DNA of 64,000 nucleotides from Eubacteriales bacterium (lineage in GTDB: Bacteria; Bacillota; Clostridia; Oscillospirales; CAG-382): positions 1,437 through 65,436 of the forward strand of contig JAZOTA010000036.1 of the NCBI GenBank assembly GCA_045657425.1, in the 5' to 3' direction. Below, one piece after another: positions 17,294 to 27,738 of this stretch. The translations under genes were made by a program, and so were the position numbers. The notes beneath the pieces are model-generated. The model did no database searches. It saw only the letters and a program-made list of their open reading frames with translations, and had not been told where the DNA came from. How positions within the stretch are numbered: the first letter of the stretch is position 1; every line of letters starts with the position of its first letter.

Positions 17294-17989
17294 TTATTCA
17301 TGACGGGGGTCAATATACTTGACCGCATCATCAAATCTGCCATAAGTGCCGATAGATTGCTTGTATGCTTCGTTGGGTTCAACGCCCTTCTTGATGAGGT
17401 CGGTCATTTTGCCGAGCGAAACGAATTCGTAACCGATAACTTCGTTGTTTTCATCAAGAGCCATACGAGTGCAGTAGCCTTCGGTCATTTCGAGATAGCG
17501 AACGCCCTTATCCTTGGTGCCGTACATAGTACCAACCATGGAACGGGAGCCCTTACCGAGGTCTTCCATACCTGCACCGATAACAAGACCGCCTTCGGAG
17601 AAAGCAGACTGCGAACGGCCGTAAACGATCTGGAGGAAGAGTTCGCGCATAGCGGTGTTGATCGCATCGCAAACGAGGTCGGTGTTAAGAGCTTCAAGAA
17701 TGGTCTTGCCGGGGAGAATTTCAGCCGCCATAGCAGCCGAGTGAGTCATACCCGAGCAACCGATGGTTTCAACAAGAGCTTCTTCGATAATGCCGTTCTT
17801 AACATTAAGCGAAAGCTTGCAAGCGCCTTGCTGAGGTGCACACCAACCCACACCGTGAGTGTAAGCGGAAATGTCTTCAATTACTTTTGCCTGTACCCAT
17901 TTGCCTTCTTCGGGAATAGGAGCAGGTCCGTGCTTAGGGCCTTTAGCCACAACGCACATGTGTTCAACTTCTTTTGAATACTGCAACAT
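17294..17989 (-). CDS. NifU/IscU N-terminal-like protein, usual partner of GGGtGRT
   Basis: GWCAPQQGACKL, ETIGCSGMTHSA, DLVCDAINTAM; lies directly upstream of GGGtGRT. Confidence 0.85.
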   Translation of the reverse strand: MLQYSKEVEHMCVVAKGPKHGPAPIPEEGKWVQAKVIEDISAYTHGVGWCAPQQGACKLSLNVKNGIIEEALVETIGCSGMTHSAAMAAEILPGKTILEALNTDLVCDAINTAMRELFLQIVYGRSQSAFSEGGLVIGAGMEDLGKGSRSMVGTMYGTKDKGVRYLEMTEGYCTRMALDENNEVIGYEFVSLGKMTDLIKKGVEPNEAYKQSIGTYGRFDDAVKYIDPRHE

Positions 17990-18026
17990 TGTAGTAATCC
18001 TTTCGTGATTTAAATTTTATTTAAAA

Positions 18027-18602
18027 TTATTTTATAATTTCAGCATAAACTTCGCCTGTACAACCTGCCGCATTTGCTTCATCGGTATCGATGTGAACAG
18101 CAGGAGCAAAGTTGGGGTTAACGCGAACAACAACGTCGCCGAAGATAAGCGAGCGGCCGTCGGTATCGATCTTTGCGGAAACGATTTGTTTATCGTTAAC
18201 GCCAAGTTCTTCAGCGGTTGCGGGGTCAAGGTGAATATGACGCTTAGCGGCAATAGCACCTTCGGCGATTTCAACTTCGCCTGCAGGGCCAACAAGCTTT
18301 AAGCCTGCGCTGCCTTTAACGTCACCGGATTCACGTACGGGAACGGAAATACCAAGCGATCTTGCATCAGTAAGCGAAATTTCAACCTGAGTTGCAGGTC
18401 TTGTCGGGCCGAGGATGAGAACGTTTGCAATAGAGTTCTTAGGGCCGACGAGAGTGATTCTTTCGTTACTTGCAAACTGACCGGGTTGAGAAAGCATTTT
18501 TTTAACGGTAAGGGTTTGTCCTTTTCCGAGCAAGGTTTCCATATCCGCTTCCGAAAGATGAACGTGTCTTGCAGAAGTTTCAACAAGTATCTTTTTAGAC
18601 AT
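18027..18602 (-). CDS. pduL: Phosphate propanoyl/acetyltransferase PduL
   Basis: SARHVHLS, LSQPGQFA, TQVEISLTD, RESGD, AKRHIH, HIDTDEANA. Confidence 0.92.
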   Translation of the reverse strand: MSKKILVETSARHVHLSEADMETLLGKGQTLTVKKMLSQPGQFASNERITLVGPKNSIANVLILGPTRPATQVEISLTDARSLGISVPVRESGDVKGSAGLKLVGPAGEVEIAEGAIAAKRHIHLDPATAEELGVNDKQIVSAKIDTDGRSLIFGDVVVRVNPNFAPAVHIDTDEANAAGCTGEVYAEIIK

Positions 18603-18640
18603 AGTTATGTTCCATCCTTTAAATTTTTTGTATCCAAGTA

Positions 18641-18669
18641 ATTATATATCAAAACTTTTGATTTGTAAA
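18641..18669 (-). promoter_or_regulatory. Putative sigma-A promoter of the pduL operon
   Basis: Minus strand TTTACA-17 nt-TATAAT. Confidence 0.55.
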
Positions 18670-18691
18670 TGGTATTTTGGAAAATTTTGTG

Positions 18692-18720
18692 TTGAAATAA
18701 TAAATGTTCTGTGATATAAT
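18692..18720 (+). promoter_or_regulatory. Putative sigma-A promoter
   Basis: TTGAAA-17 nt-TATAAT with TG extension. Confidence 0.6.
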
Positions 18721-18754
18721 ATGCTAAATAATTATATACTCGGGGTATTATGGT

Positions 18755-19927
18755 ATGAATTTTACATTTTCAGATAAAGTTAAAGAAATGAAACCCTCTG
18801 CAATCAGAGAGATTTTTAAATCATTGTCCGATCCTAACGTGATTTCTTTTGCGGCGGGTAACCCTTCGCCGCTGTCCTTTCCTGTTGAAAAGATGCATAC
18901 TATTGCAAACGAAATATTTGAAAGCCAAGCATCCGTTGCTTTTCAGTACGGTATAACTGAGGGTTATCCTGCTTTGAGAGAACAGGTAAGAGCACGTCTC
19001 AAGCAACGTTTTAATACCGGCACCGAAGACGATGATGTTATCATTACAACCGGTGGTCAGCAGGGAATCGACCTTACCGCAAAGGTTCTTTGTAACGAGG
19101 GCGATACTGTAATTTGTGAAAACCCCAGCTTTATCGGTGCGCTTAACGCTTTCAGATCGTACAACGTAAATCTTGTAGGTGTTGATCTCGAAGCTGACGG
19201 TATGAATATCGAAGCACTTGAAAACGCTCTTAAAACAAATCCGAACACTAAAATTATTTACGTTATTCCTACCTTCCAAAATCCTGCAGGTATTACTACA
19301 TCGCTTGAAAAGAGAAAAGCAATTCTTGCGCTTGCGGAAAAATACGGCGTTACCATTTTGGAGGACAATCCTTACGGTGAGCTTCGCTTTGCCGGTGAAG
19401 AGGTTCCTACAATAAAGAGCTTGGACAAAACCGGTTGTGTTATTTACTGCTCTTCGTTTTCCAAGATCTTGTCTGCAGGTATGCGTATCGGTTTTGTTTG
19501 CGGACCCAAGGCACTTGTTCAAAAGATAGTTGTAGTAAAACAGGTTAACGACGTTCATACAAATCAATTTTTCCAAATGGTCGCATCGAAATTCATCGAC
19601 AAATACGGCTTGGATGACCATATCAATTTTATTCGTGAGCTTTACAAAAACAAATGCGATCTTATGCTTTCCGAGCTTGATAAAAATATTGGCGGCAAAG
19701 CTGTATATACCCGACCCGAAGGCGGTTTGTTCATCTGGCTTACCGTTGACGGAGGTAACGGAGATGAAATCGCAAAACGTGCAATCGAAAACAAGGTTGC
19801 TGTCGTTACCGGTTCGAGTTTTAATCCCATCCAGGGCGGATTTTCACCTTCTGTACGTCTTAATTATTCCACACCCTCGGATGAGCAAATTATTGAGGGC
19901 GTAAAACGTCTTGCCGCTGTACTGTAA
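18755..19927 (+). CDS. PLP-dependent class I/II aminotransferase (LysN/ARO8-like)
   Basis: SAIREI, ISFAAGNP, PTFQNPAG, EDNPY, SFSKILSAGMRIG, RLNYS. Confidence 0.9.
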   Translation: MNFTFSDKVKEMKPSAIREIFKSLSDPNVISFAAGNPSPLSFPVEKMHTIANEIFESQASVAFQYGITEGYPALREQVRARLKQRFNTGTEDDDVIITTGGQQGIDLTAKVLCNEGDTVICENPSFIGALNAFRSYNVNLVGVDLEADGMNIEALENALKTNPNTKIIYVIPTFQNPAGITTSLEKRKAILALAEKYGVTILEDNPYGELRFAGEEVPTIKSLDKTGCVIYCSSFSKILSAGMRIGFVCGPKALVQKIVVVKQVNDVHTNQFFQMVASKFIDKYGLDDHINFIRELYKNKCDLMLSELDKNIGGKAVYTRPEGGLFIWLTVDGGNGDEIAKRAIENKVAVVTGSSFNPIQGGFSPSVRLNYSTPSDEQIIEGVKRLAAVL

Positions 19928-19939
19928 TAGGAGTTAATT

Positions 19940-20944
19940 ATGGAAAATCAAAATATTAAAAAGACAATTTTATCGGGCGTTCAACCGTCGGGCACTCTTA
20001 CCATCGGTAACTATCTCGGAGCACTGCGTAACTGGGCAACGATGCAGTATGATTATAACTGCTACTTTTGCGTTGTCGATCTTCACGCAATCACGGTAAG
20101 ACAAGTTCCTGCAGAATTAAGACAAAACTGTTTAAAGACACTTGCGCTTTACCTTGCAGTTGGTATTGATCCCGAAAAGAACACTTTATTTATGCAAAGC
20201 CACGTTCCTGCACACGCAGAATTGGCATGGGTTTTGTCGTGCTACACTATGTTCGGTGAGCTTTCCAGAATGACTCAGTTCAAGGACAAATCGGCAAAGC
20301 ACTCCGATAATATCAATGCGGGTCTTTTTACTTATCCTGTACTTATGGCGGCTGACATTCTTTTGTATCAGCCCGATTTAGTACCCGTTGGTAACGACCA
20401 AAAGCAACATATTGAAATTGCGCGTGACATTGCAAACCGCTTTAACGGTGTATATTCGGAAACCTTTAAAATTCCCGAGCCTTATATGCCCAAAGCAGGT
20501 GCGAGAATAATGTCGCTTTCTGATCCTACCACCAAAATGAGTAAATCCGATCTTGGCGACGGCAGCGTATTTCTTCTTGACAGTAAAGACGTTGTTATCA
20601 AGAAAATAAAACGAGCTGTTACCGATTCTGGCTCCGAAGTAAGATATGCAGAGGGCAAGGACGGCATTAATAACTTGATGTCTATTTATTCTGCATTTAC
20701 GGGTAAATCTTTTGAAGATATCGAAAAAGAATTTGACGGTAAGGGCTACGGAGCATTCAAGCTTGCAGTTGCAGAAACAGTTGCTGATTCTTTAGCTGAA
20801 ATTCAAGATAAATATAACGTATTTATTTCCGATAAAGAAAAGCTTAATAAAATTCTTATCGAAGGCGCGCAGAAGGCGTCCTACACCGCTGAAAAAACGT
20901 TGCGTAAGGTATACCGCAAGGTTGGCTTTTATTCCGTAAAGTAA
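19940..20944 (+). CDS. trpS: Tryptophan--tRNA ligase
   Basis: [26 protein letters not shown]. Confidence 0.97.
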   Translation: MENQNIKKTILSGVQPSGTLTIGNYLGALRNWATMQYDYNCYFCVVDLHAITVRQVPAELRQNCLKTLALYLAVGIDPEKNTLFMQSHVPAHAELAWVLSCYTMFGELSRMTQFKDKSAKHSDNINAGLFTYPVLMAADILLYQPDLVPVGNDQKQHIEIARDIANRFNGVYSETFKIPEPYMPKAGARIMSLSDPTTKMSKSDLGDGSVFLLDSKDVVIKKIKRAVTDSGSEVRYAEGKDGINNLMSIYSAFTGKSFEDIEKEFDGKGYGAFKLAVAETVADSLAEIQDKYNVFISDKEKLNKILIEGAQKASYTAEKTLRKVYRKVGFYSVK

Positions 20945-20963
20945 AAGAAAAGGGTAAATTCTT

Positions 20964-22946
20964 ATGTCTAAAAAAACCGCTGAATATAACGATCAAACAA
21001 TATCATCGCTAAAAGGCGCAGACCGTGTACGTTTGCGTCCGGCGGTTATTTTCGGATCTGACGGAATCGAAGGATGCGAGCATTCGTTTTTCGAAATACT
21101 TTCAAACTCTATCGACGAACATCGCGAGGGCTTTGGTAATAGAATTAACGTTACTGTTTATAAGGACCGCGTTATGGAAGTTGAGGACTTCGGTCGCGGT
21201 GTTCCTCTTGATTGGAATGAAAAAGAACAAAAATACAACTGGGAGCTCGTTTATTGTGAGCTTTATGCAGGCGGTAAGTATAATAACGCCGAAGGCGGTG
21301 CCTATGAGTATTCACTCGGCTTAAACGGCCTTGGTGCGTGTGCTACGCAGTATGCTTCCGAATTTATGCACGTAACTTCATACCAACGCGGCACAAAATA
21401 TGAAATCGGTTTTAAAACAGGTGAGCCCTGCACCGAATTGATAAAGAGCGAATGCCCTAAAAATAAATCGGGTACAGTTATCCGCTGGAAAAGTGACGAT
21501 AAGGTGTTTACCGATACCGCTATTCCTCGTGAATTTTTCAGCACCGTTTTGAAAAAACAAGCGGTTGTTAACGCCGGATTGACGCTTTCGCTTAAATGGC
21601 AAAAGAACGATGGAAGCTTTGAAACCGAAGAATACTGTTATCAAAACGGTATCGCCGACTATATCAGCGAAATTGTCGGTGAGGGTGCCATTTCTCCTAT
21701 TGCCGAATATTCGAGCGAAAGAGTAGGCAGAGATTCTCCCGACAGAAGTGAATATAAGGTAAAAATGCATTTTGCCTGCTGCTTCTCGAACGAAGTTAAC
21801 CTTATTGAATATTACCATAATTCTTCGTTTCTCGAACATGGCGGCTCGCCCGATAAAGCGGCTAAAAGTGCTTTTGTTTGGGCAATCGACCAATATGCAA
21901 AGAATAACGGTAAGTATAATAAAAACGAGAGTAAAATTATCTTCTCCGACGTTGAAGATTCGTTGGTGCTTGTTGTTAATTCATTTTCAACGCAAACGTC
22001 TTATGCTAACCAAACAAAGAAAGCGATAAACAACGTATTTATCGCAGAAGCTATGACCGATTTCTTCAAGCACTCTCTTGAGGTATTTTTCCTTGAAAAT
22101 CCCCAAGCGGCTGATAAAATCGTTTCACAGATTCTTATTAACAAGCGTGCTCGCGAATCTGCTGAGCATATGCGCGTTTCGCAAAAGAAAAAGCTTACTA
22201 CCACTCTTGACATAACAAACACCGTTGAAAAGTTCGTTGGTTGCCGTTTGCGCGACCCCGAAAAATGCGAGCTTTATATAGTTGAGGGTGATTCTGCACT
22301 TACGAGCTGTAAGCTCGCTCGCGATTCGGAATTTCAAGCAATCATACCGGTCCGCGGTAAGACCTTGAACTGCCTAAAGGCTTCGTTTGACAAAATTATG
22401 AAGAGTGATATCATTCTCGACCTTATCAAGGTTATCGGTTGCGGCGTCGAAGCGAATCAGCTTAAAACAAAGGGTGTTTCGCCTTTTAATCTCGATGCTT
22501 TGCGTTGGGATAAAATCATTATTTGTACCGATGCAGATGAAGACGGTTATCAGATAAGAACACTTATCCTAACAATGTTTTACCGCTTGCTGCCGACTCT
22601 TATTCGTGAGGGAAGGATTTATATTGCCGAGACCCCTCTTTACGAAATAACGTGCGGTAACGATACACTGTTTGCTTATAGCGAAGCGGAAAAATCTGCA
22701 ATTTTGGAAAAGCTTGGCGATAAGCGTGTAACGATCCAACGCTCTAAAGGTCTTGGTGAAAACGATGCGGAAATGATGAGTCTTACAACTATGAAGCCCG
22801 CAACAAGAAGACTGATTCGTATATCACCCGAGGATGAAGAAAAAACGTATGAGATGTTTGATATCCTTCTTGGTGACAATATAATCGGCAGAAAAGATTT
22901 TATTGCTAAAAACGGCGCAAAATATCTCGAGCTTGCCGACTATTAA
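20964..22946 (+). CDS. Type IIA topoisomerase subunit B (ParE/GyrB family, probably topoisomerase IV-like)
   Basis: EILSNSIDE, DFGRGVP, GLNGLG, TOPRIM EGDSA, PVRGK, DADEDG, SKGLGE. Confidence 0.9.
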   Translation: MSKKTAEYNDQTISSLKGADRVRLRPAVIFGSDGIEGCEHSFFEILSNSIDEHREGFGNRINVTVYKDRVMEVEDFGRGVPLDWNEKEQKYNWELVYCELYAGGKYNNAEGGAYEYSLGLNGLGACATQYASEFMHVTSYQRGTKYEIGFKTGEPCTELIKSECPKNKSGTVIRWKSDDKVFTDTAIPREFFSTVLKKQAVVNAGLTLSLKWQKNDGSFETEEYCYQNGIADYISEIVGEGAISPIAEYSSERVGRDSPDRSEYKVKMHFACCFSNEVNLIEYYHNSSFLEHGGSPDKAAKSAFVWAIDQYAKNNGKYNKNESKIIFSDVEDSLVLVVNSFSTQTSYANQTKKAINNVFIAEAMTDFFKHSLEVFFLENPQAADKIVSQILINKRARESAEHMRVSQKKKLTTTLDITNTVEKFVGCRLRDPEKCELYIVEGDSALTSCKLARDSEFQAIIPVRGKTLNCLKASFDKIMKSDIILDLIKVIGCGVEANQLKTKGVSPFNLDALRWDKIIICTDADEDGYQIRTLILTMFYRLLPTLIREGRIYIAETPLYEITCGNDTLFAYSEAEKSAILEKLGDKRVTIQRSKGLGENDAEMMSLTTMKPATRRLIRISPEDEEKTYEMFDILLGDNIIGRKDFIAKNGAKYLELADY

Positions 22947-22958
22947 TGAGGTATAAAC

Positions 22959-25187
22959 ATGGCGAAAAAGAAGGCAAAGGTTGTTGAACCCGAAATAATT
23001 GCCGAACCTATTGACGTAAGCATTACTAACGTGCTTGAAACAAATTATATGCCGTACGCAATGACGGTTATAGTTTCGCGCGCAATTCCCGAAATAGACG
23101 GCTTCAAGCCTGCGCACCGTAAATTGCTTTACACAATGTATAAAATGGGTCTTCTTACCGGTTCAAAGCAGAAAAGTGCAAAGGTTGTAGGTCAGACAAT
23201 GGTTCTGAATCCTCACGGTGACTCGGCAATTTATGAAACCCTGGTTCGTCTTACAACCGGCAAAGGCGTGCTTCTTCATCCGTTTATTGAATCCAAGGGC
23301 AGCTTTGGTAAACAATGCTCCGAAATGGTTTATGCCGCTTCGCGTTATACCGAATGTAAGCTGGATAAATTTGCTGAAGAAATATTTAACGGCATTGACC
23401 GCGACGCGGTTGATTTTGTCGATAACTATGACAGCACTACTACCGAACCCGTAATTCTTCCCACAAGCTTTCCCAACATATTAGTTTCTCCGAACTCGGG
23501 TATTGCTGTCGGTATGGCGAGTGAAATTTGCTCTTTTAACCTCCGCGAGGTTTGCGAGGTTACTTCTGCATATTTGCGCAACGAAAAGATTACAACCGAA
23601 GAAATAATGGAAATATTAAAAGCACCCGATTTTTCAAGCGGCGGTCTTTTGATATACGAAAAGGATAAAATACGCCAGGTTTATGAAACCGGCAAGGGTT
23701 CAATTAAGCTTCGCTCAAAGCACGTTTACGATAAGAACGAAAACCTTATTGAGGTTTTACAGATTCCTTATACCACAACTCTCGAAAAGATTCGTGAAAA
23801 CATTATTCAGCTTGTAAAAGAGGGTAAGATTAAGGACATTTCCGACGTTCGTGACGAAATCGATATCAACGGCTTTAAGATGACGATCGATTTGAAACGA
23901 GGTGCCGATCCTGAAAAACTAATGCAAAAGCTCTTTAAGCTAACAAAGCTTGAAGATGATTTTAAATGCAATTTTAATATCCTTGTCGGCGGTGTTCCGC
24001 AAACAATGGGTATTAAGCAGATTTTGGAAGAATGGTGTGCTTTCAGAATCGAATGCTTAAGAAGAACTTACATTTACGATCTTAACAAAAAGAGTGAAAA
24101 GCTTCATCTTTTATTCGGCTTGCGTTCGATATTGCTTGATATTGATAAAGCGATTGCAATAATCCGCGGTACCGAAAACGAAAAAGACGTTGTTCCCAAC
24201 TTGATGTCGGGATTTTCGATTGATGAGATTCAGGCGGAATACGTCGCAGATATCAAGCTACGCAATCTTAACAAGCAGTATATTCTTAAGCGTATCGATG
24301 AAATCAGTCAGCTTGAAAAGGATATCGAGGAGCTTAATCTTTTGATTTCAAGCGAAAGACGTATAAAGACACGCATTATCAAGCAGCTTACCGAAATTGC
24401 GGATAAATACGGTATGCCTCGTAAGACATATATCATTGACAAAGATGATATTAACGAGGACTTTGTTGAAGAGGAAATCGTAGCATATCCGTGCGAGGCG
24501 TTTTTGAGTATGGAGGGTTATTTCAAAAAATGTACCCTTGCTTCATTGCGTGGTAACGACGTTCAAAAGTTTAAGGAAAACGACTCGTTAAGAACGAGAT
24601 TTGAAACGAACAATAATGAAGAAATACTGTTCTTTACCTCGGATGCGCAGGTTTACAAATCGCGTCTTAATGATTTTGATGATTCAAAGGCAAGTGCTTT
24701 AGGCGAATACGTTGCAGGCAAATTGAAGTTCAATGATAATGAAAAGGTCGTTTCAGCAATCTGCCTTAGCGAGTACAATGGTCGAGTTGTTCTTTTCTTT
24801 GAAAACGGCAAAGCCGTTTCTGTGCCGATGGATTCGTATTATACGAAAACTAACCGAAAGAAACTTACAAATGCATTCTTTGGCGGAAGTCCGCTTGTGG
24901 CGGCTTTTAAAGCGAAAGATAACGTTGAATATCTTGTTCGCTCCAACGATGACCGTGCGCTATTAATTAAAGGTACGCAGGTTATCGAAAAATCGACAAA
25001 AACTTCATCCGGTAGCACTTTGTATACACTTAAAAAAGGTAAAAAGATTATTTCTGTAACAGAATATAATCCCGAGGTCACAAAATTAGTTAAGGAATCA
25101 AAATACAGAAAATCCAAATTGCCTGCTTCGGGTGTTGTCTTTGAAGATAGCGATCCCGAGGTAACGCAACAAACATTCCTGGATTGA
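22959..25187 (+). CDS. Type IIA topoisomerase subunit A (ParC/GyrA family, probably topoisomerase IV-like)
   Basis: DGFKPAHR, PHGDSAIY, AASRYTE (catalytic Tyr), GIAVGMA; short CTD with no recognisable GyrA box. Confidence 0.9.
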   Translation: MAKKKAKVVEPEIIAEPIDVSITNVLETNYMPYAMTVIVSRAIPEIDGFKPAHRKLLYTMYKMGLLTGSKQKSAKVVGQTMVLNPHGDSAIYETLVRLTTGKGVLLHPFIESKGSFGKQCSEMVYAASRYTECKLDKFAEEIFNGIDRDAVDFVDNYDSTTTEPVILPTSFPNILVSPNSGIAVGMASEICSFNLREVCEVTSAYLRNEKITTEEIMEILKAPDFSSGGLLIYEKDKIRQVYETGKGSIKLRSKHVYDKNENLIEVLQIPYTTTLEKIRENIIQLVKEGKIKDISDVRDEIDINGFKMTIDLKRGADPEKLMQKLFKLTKLEDDFKCNFNILVGGVPQTMGIKQILEEWCAFRIECLRRTYIYDLNKKSEKLHLLFGLRSILLDIDKAIAIIRGTENEKDVVPNLMSGFSIDEIQAEYVADIKLRNLNKQYILKRIDEISQLEKDIEELNLLISSERRIKTRIIKQLTEIADKYGMPRKTYIIDKDDINEDFVEEEIVAYPCEAFLSMEGYFKKCTLASLRGNDVQKFKENDSLRTRFETNNNEEILFFTSDAQVYKSRLNDFDDSKASALGEYVAGKLKFNDNEKVVSAICLSEYNGRVVLFFENGKAVSVPMDSYYTKTNRKKLTNAFFGGSPLVAAFKAKDNVEYLVRSNDDRALLIKGTQVIEKSTKTSSGSTLYTLKKGKKIISVTEYNPEVTKLVKESKYRKSKLPASGVVFEDSDPEVTQQTFLD

Positions 25188-25212
25188 CAATGTTACGTTT
25201 TGATGATATAAT
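25184..25212 (+). promoter_or_regulatory. Consensus sigma-A promoter of the gdpP-rplI-dnaB operon
   Basis: TTGACA-17 nt-TATAAT with TGA extension. Confidence 0.75.
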
Positions 25213-25235
25213 CAGTACGTTTAGGAGGTGAAGCG

Positions 25236-27269
25236 ATGAAAAACAGAAATTCGTTTATACGAGGATTTCTTTATGAGCTTATCGGTCTTTCAATAATCAT
25301 TGTTTTATCGATTGTTCTGTTTGTGGTTCATAAGACAGCCGGATTTATCGCTTTAGCCGGTGCAATTGTTTACGCAACAATTTTATTTGTCATTTACAGT
25401 ACCGGAAGGTATGGATTTTCACACGATATTGAGGGTAATGCTTTGCCGTCATTGATTACCGGCATGGTTGAAAAAATCGATTCTCCCGTAATGATCGTTA
25501 ATGAATCTAACCGAATTGTTTGGTGCAACGATGAGTTTGCTTCGTTGACCGAGGTTAAAGAAAAGCGTATCACTTCGGGCGCGGGTAAATTGTTTGGCGG
25601 TTACGCTTCTTATGCCAATATGTCTGCCGCTTATGATCAGTTTGCAGATTTCATAAGCATCGAAACAGAAGGTTCTTTTTACGAGATTCGCGTTTTTCCT
25701 TTGGAACTTAAAAAGCAAAAGCTATTCGCAGGCGTTTGGTATTCGCGCGATAACGAGCAAAAGCTTAAAACAAAGCTTGAAGAAACCTCTGTCAGAGTTG
25801 CTTATATCGTTATCGATAACTCCAACGAGGTATCGCAGGAGATTCAGGAAAGCCGTCGCTTCGGCTCGGCAACCGTAAATAAGCTTTTGACAGAATGGGC
25901 TCAAGAATTTGATGCTATTTTGACCGAGTACGACCGTGATAAATATGTTATGCAATTCGAGAACCGTTTTCTTCAAACGATGATCGAAAGCAAGTTCGAC
26001 ATTCTCGATAAGGTCGTTGAATCTTCGCTTGGCGAATCACCTATTCCCATTACGATTTCAATCGGCGTTTCTTCGGGTAGCGGTACTCTTAACGAGAAAA
26101 AAGAATCTGCTCAAGCGGCTCTGCGCTCTGCTTTGCAACGCGGCGGTGCTTTGGCGGTTGTGCGTACCGAAAACGGGGAAGACAGCTACGGCGGTAAAAC
26201 CAAAGCGGTCCAAAGACAAACCAAGATACGCTCGCGTTTGTGCCGCGACCTTTTGAATGAACAAATTCCCAAATGCTCTAACGTTATAATAATGGGACAT
26301 TTAAGACCCGACTTCGATTCAATTGCATCGAATATCGGTATTGCCAAGCTTGTCCAAGGATTCGGCAAAGAATATTGTATTGTAGCCGATAAGAACGATA
26401 AGAGTATTTCTAAAATTGTTGAAACAATTGCACAATTCCCGGAATATGAAACCGTTTTTGTCGATGCAGTCTATGCACAGGAGTTGCTCACACCAAACAC
26501 CTTGGTAATTATTACCGATGCCTCTAACCCCGAAATTTTTGCGGCAAGAGGTGTCTATGATAACGCAAGTAAGGTTGTTGTGATCGACCACCACGCAATT
26601 AAGGAAACGCTCGGCGATCAGGTGCTGCAACCCTCGAATATCGACCCTACGGCTTCCAGCGCTTCAGAATTGGTGTGCGAAATATTGGAGCTTTCAATGT
26701 CACCGAATTCGTTGCGTCCCGAGGAGGCACAAATCCTTCTTGCGGGTATTCTGCTTGACACTCAATTTTTCTCTCGAGATACGGGCACAAGAACCTATTC
26801 CGCATGTATTTTCCTTAAAAATGCAGGAGCAGATGCAGGCAAAGCAAGAAATCTGTTTAAGTCTGATAAGGAACAGTTCTTAACGGTAGGAAAAATTGAA
26901 CAAGGAATGCAAATATACCGTGAACGCTTTGCTATTTCGACATATAACGAAAGCGTTGACCCCCAGAATAAGGTTACCGCATCAAAAGCCGCTGAGGGTA
27001 TGGTCGATATTGACGGTATTTCAGCTTCTTTTGTGCTTTATACTTTAGATAATGGCATTAACCTCTCTGCAAGAAGCGACGGAAGTATTAACGTAATTAA
27101 TATTGCGAAAATGCTCGGTGGCGGCGGACATTTTCAGTCTGCAGGCGCTTTAATACGCGAGGTTGATGAAAACGGATTCGGCAACGTTGTTTTTGATATG
27201 AAAAAAGCCGAAAAAATACTTAAAGACACCATCGACAGTTACATCGGTGAAGTCAAAGAAGGGAAATAA
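25236..27269 (+). CDS. gdpP: c-di-AMP phosphodiesterase GdpP (TM, PAS, degenerate GGDEF, DHH/DHHA1)
   Basis: Two N-terminal [30 protein letters not shown]; canonical position before rplI-dnaB. Confidence 0.9.
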   Translation: MKNRNSFIRGFLYELIGLSIIIVLSIVLFVVHKTAGFIALAGAIVYATILFVIYSTGRYGFSHDIEGNALPSLITGMVEKIDSPVMIVNESNRIVWCNDEFASLTEVKEKRITSGAGKLFGGYASYANMSAAYDQFADFISIETEGSFYEIRVFPLELKKQKLFAGVWYSRDNEQKLKTKLEETSVRVAYIVIDNSNEVSQEIQESRRFGSATVNKLLTEWAQEFDAILTEYDRDKYVMQFENRFLQTMIESKFDILDKVVESSLGESPIPITISIGVSSGSGTLNEKKESAQAALRSALQRGGALAVVRTENGEDSYGGKTKAVQRQTKIRSRLCRDLLNEQIPKCSNVIIMGHLRPDFDSIASNIGIAKLVQGFGKEYCIVADKNDKSISKIVETIAQFPEYETVFVDAVYAQELLTPNTLVIITDASNPEIFAARGVYDNASKVVVIDHHAIKETLGDQVLQPSNIDPTASSASELVCEILELSMSPNSLRPEEAQILLAGILLDTQFFSRDTGTRTYSACIFLKNAGADAGKARNLFKSDKEQFLTVGKIEQGMQIYRERFAISTYNESVDPQNKVTASKAAEGMVDIDGISASFVLYTLDNGINLSARSDGSINVINIAKMLGGGGHFQSAGALIREVDENGFGNVVFDMKKAEKILKDTIDSYIGEVKEGK

Positions 27270-27271
27270 TC

Positions 27272-27715
27272 ATGAAAGTAATACTTTTAGAAGACGTTAA
27301 AGGTCAAGGTAAAAAGGGCGAGCTTATTAATACGTCCGACGGATATGCAAGAAACTTCCTTTTTCCTCGTAAGCTTGCAAAACCCGCTGATGCAGGTTCT
27401 ATAAAAGAAATTGAAATGAAAAAGGAAAGCGCCGCTTTCCACCTTGCGGAAGAAAAGAAAAAAGCAACCGAAACCAAGGATTTCCTTGCTGATAAACAAA
27501 TCATTTTCAAGACCACCGGCGGCTCGGACGGTCGTTTGTATGGTGCTGTCACAACAAAGGATATTAGCGAAAAAATCGAAAAAGACCTTGGTTTAAAGGT
27601 TGATAAGCGCAATATTTCTATTAATGAAAACATTAAGACTGCAGGTGTATATACGGCGAAAATCAAACTGTTTCAAGGTATTAACGCAGAGCTTAAGATA
27701 GTTGTTGAAGCTTAA
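27272..27715 (+). CDS. rplI: 50S ribosomal protein L9
   Basis: [33 protein letters not shown]. Confidence 0.98.
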   Translation: MKVILLEDVKGQGKKGELINTSDGYARNFLFPRKLAKPADAGSIKEIEMKKESAAFHLAEEKKKATETKDFLADKQIIFKTTGGSDGRLYGAVTTKDISEKIEKDLGLKVDKRNISINENIKTAGVYTAKIKLFQGINAELKIVVEA

Positions 27716-27738
27716 ATTTAAATTTAGGATTAATTGAA

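Noticed and set aside
16371..17977. Long plus-strand ORFs (300 aa and 225 aa) opposite GGGtGRT and the NifU-like gene
   Set aside because: Antisense shadows in register with strongly codon-biased genes; no RBS or recognisable motifs.
19928..19939. Expected T-box leader before trpS
   Set aside because: Only 12 bp separate it from the upstream gene, so there is no room for a leader.
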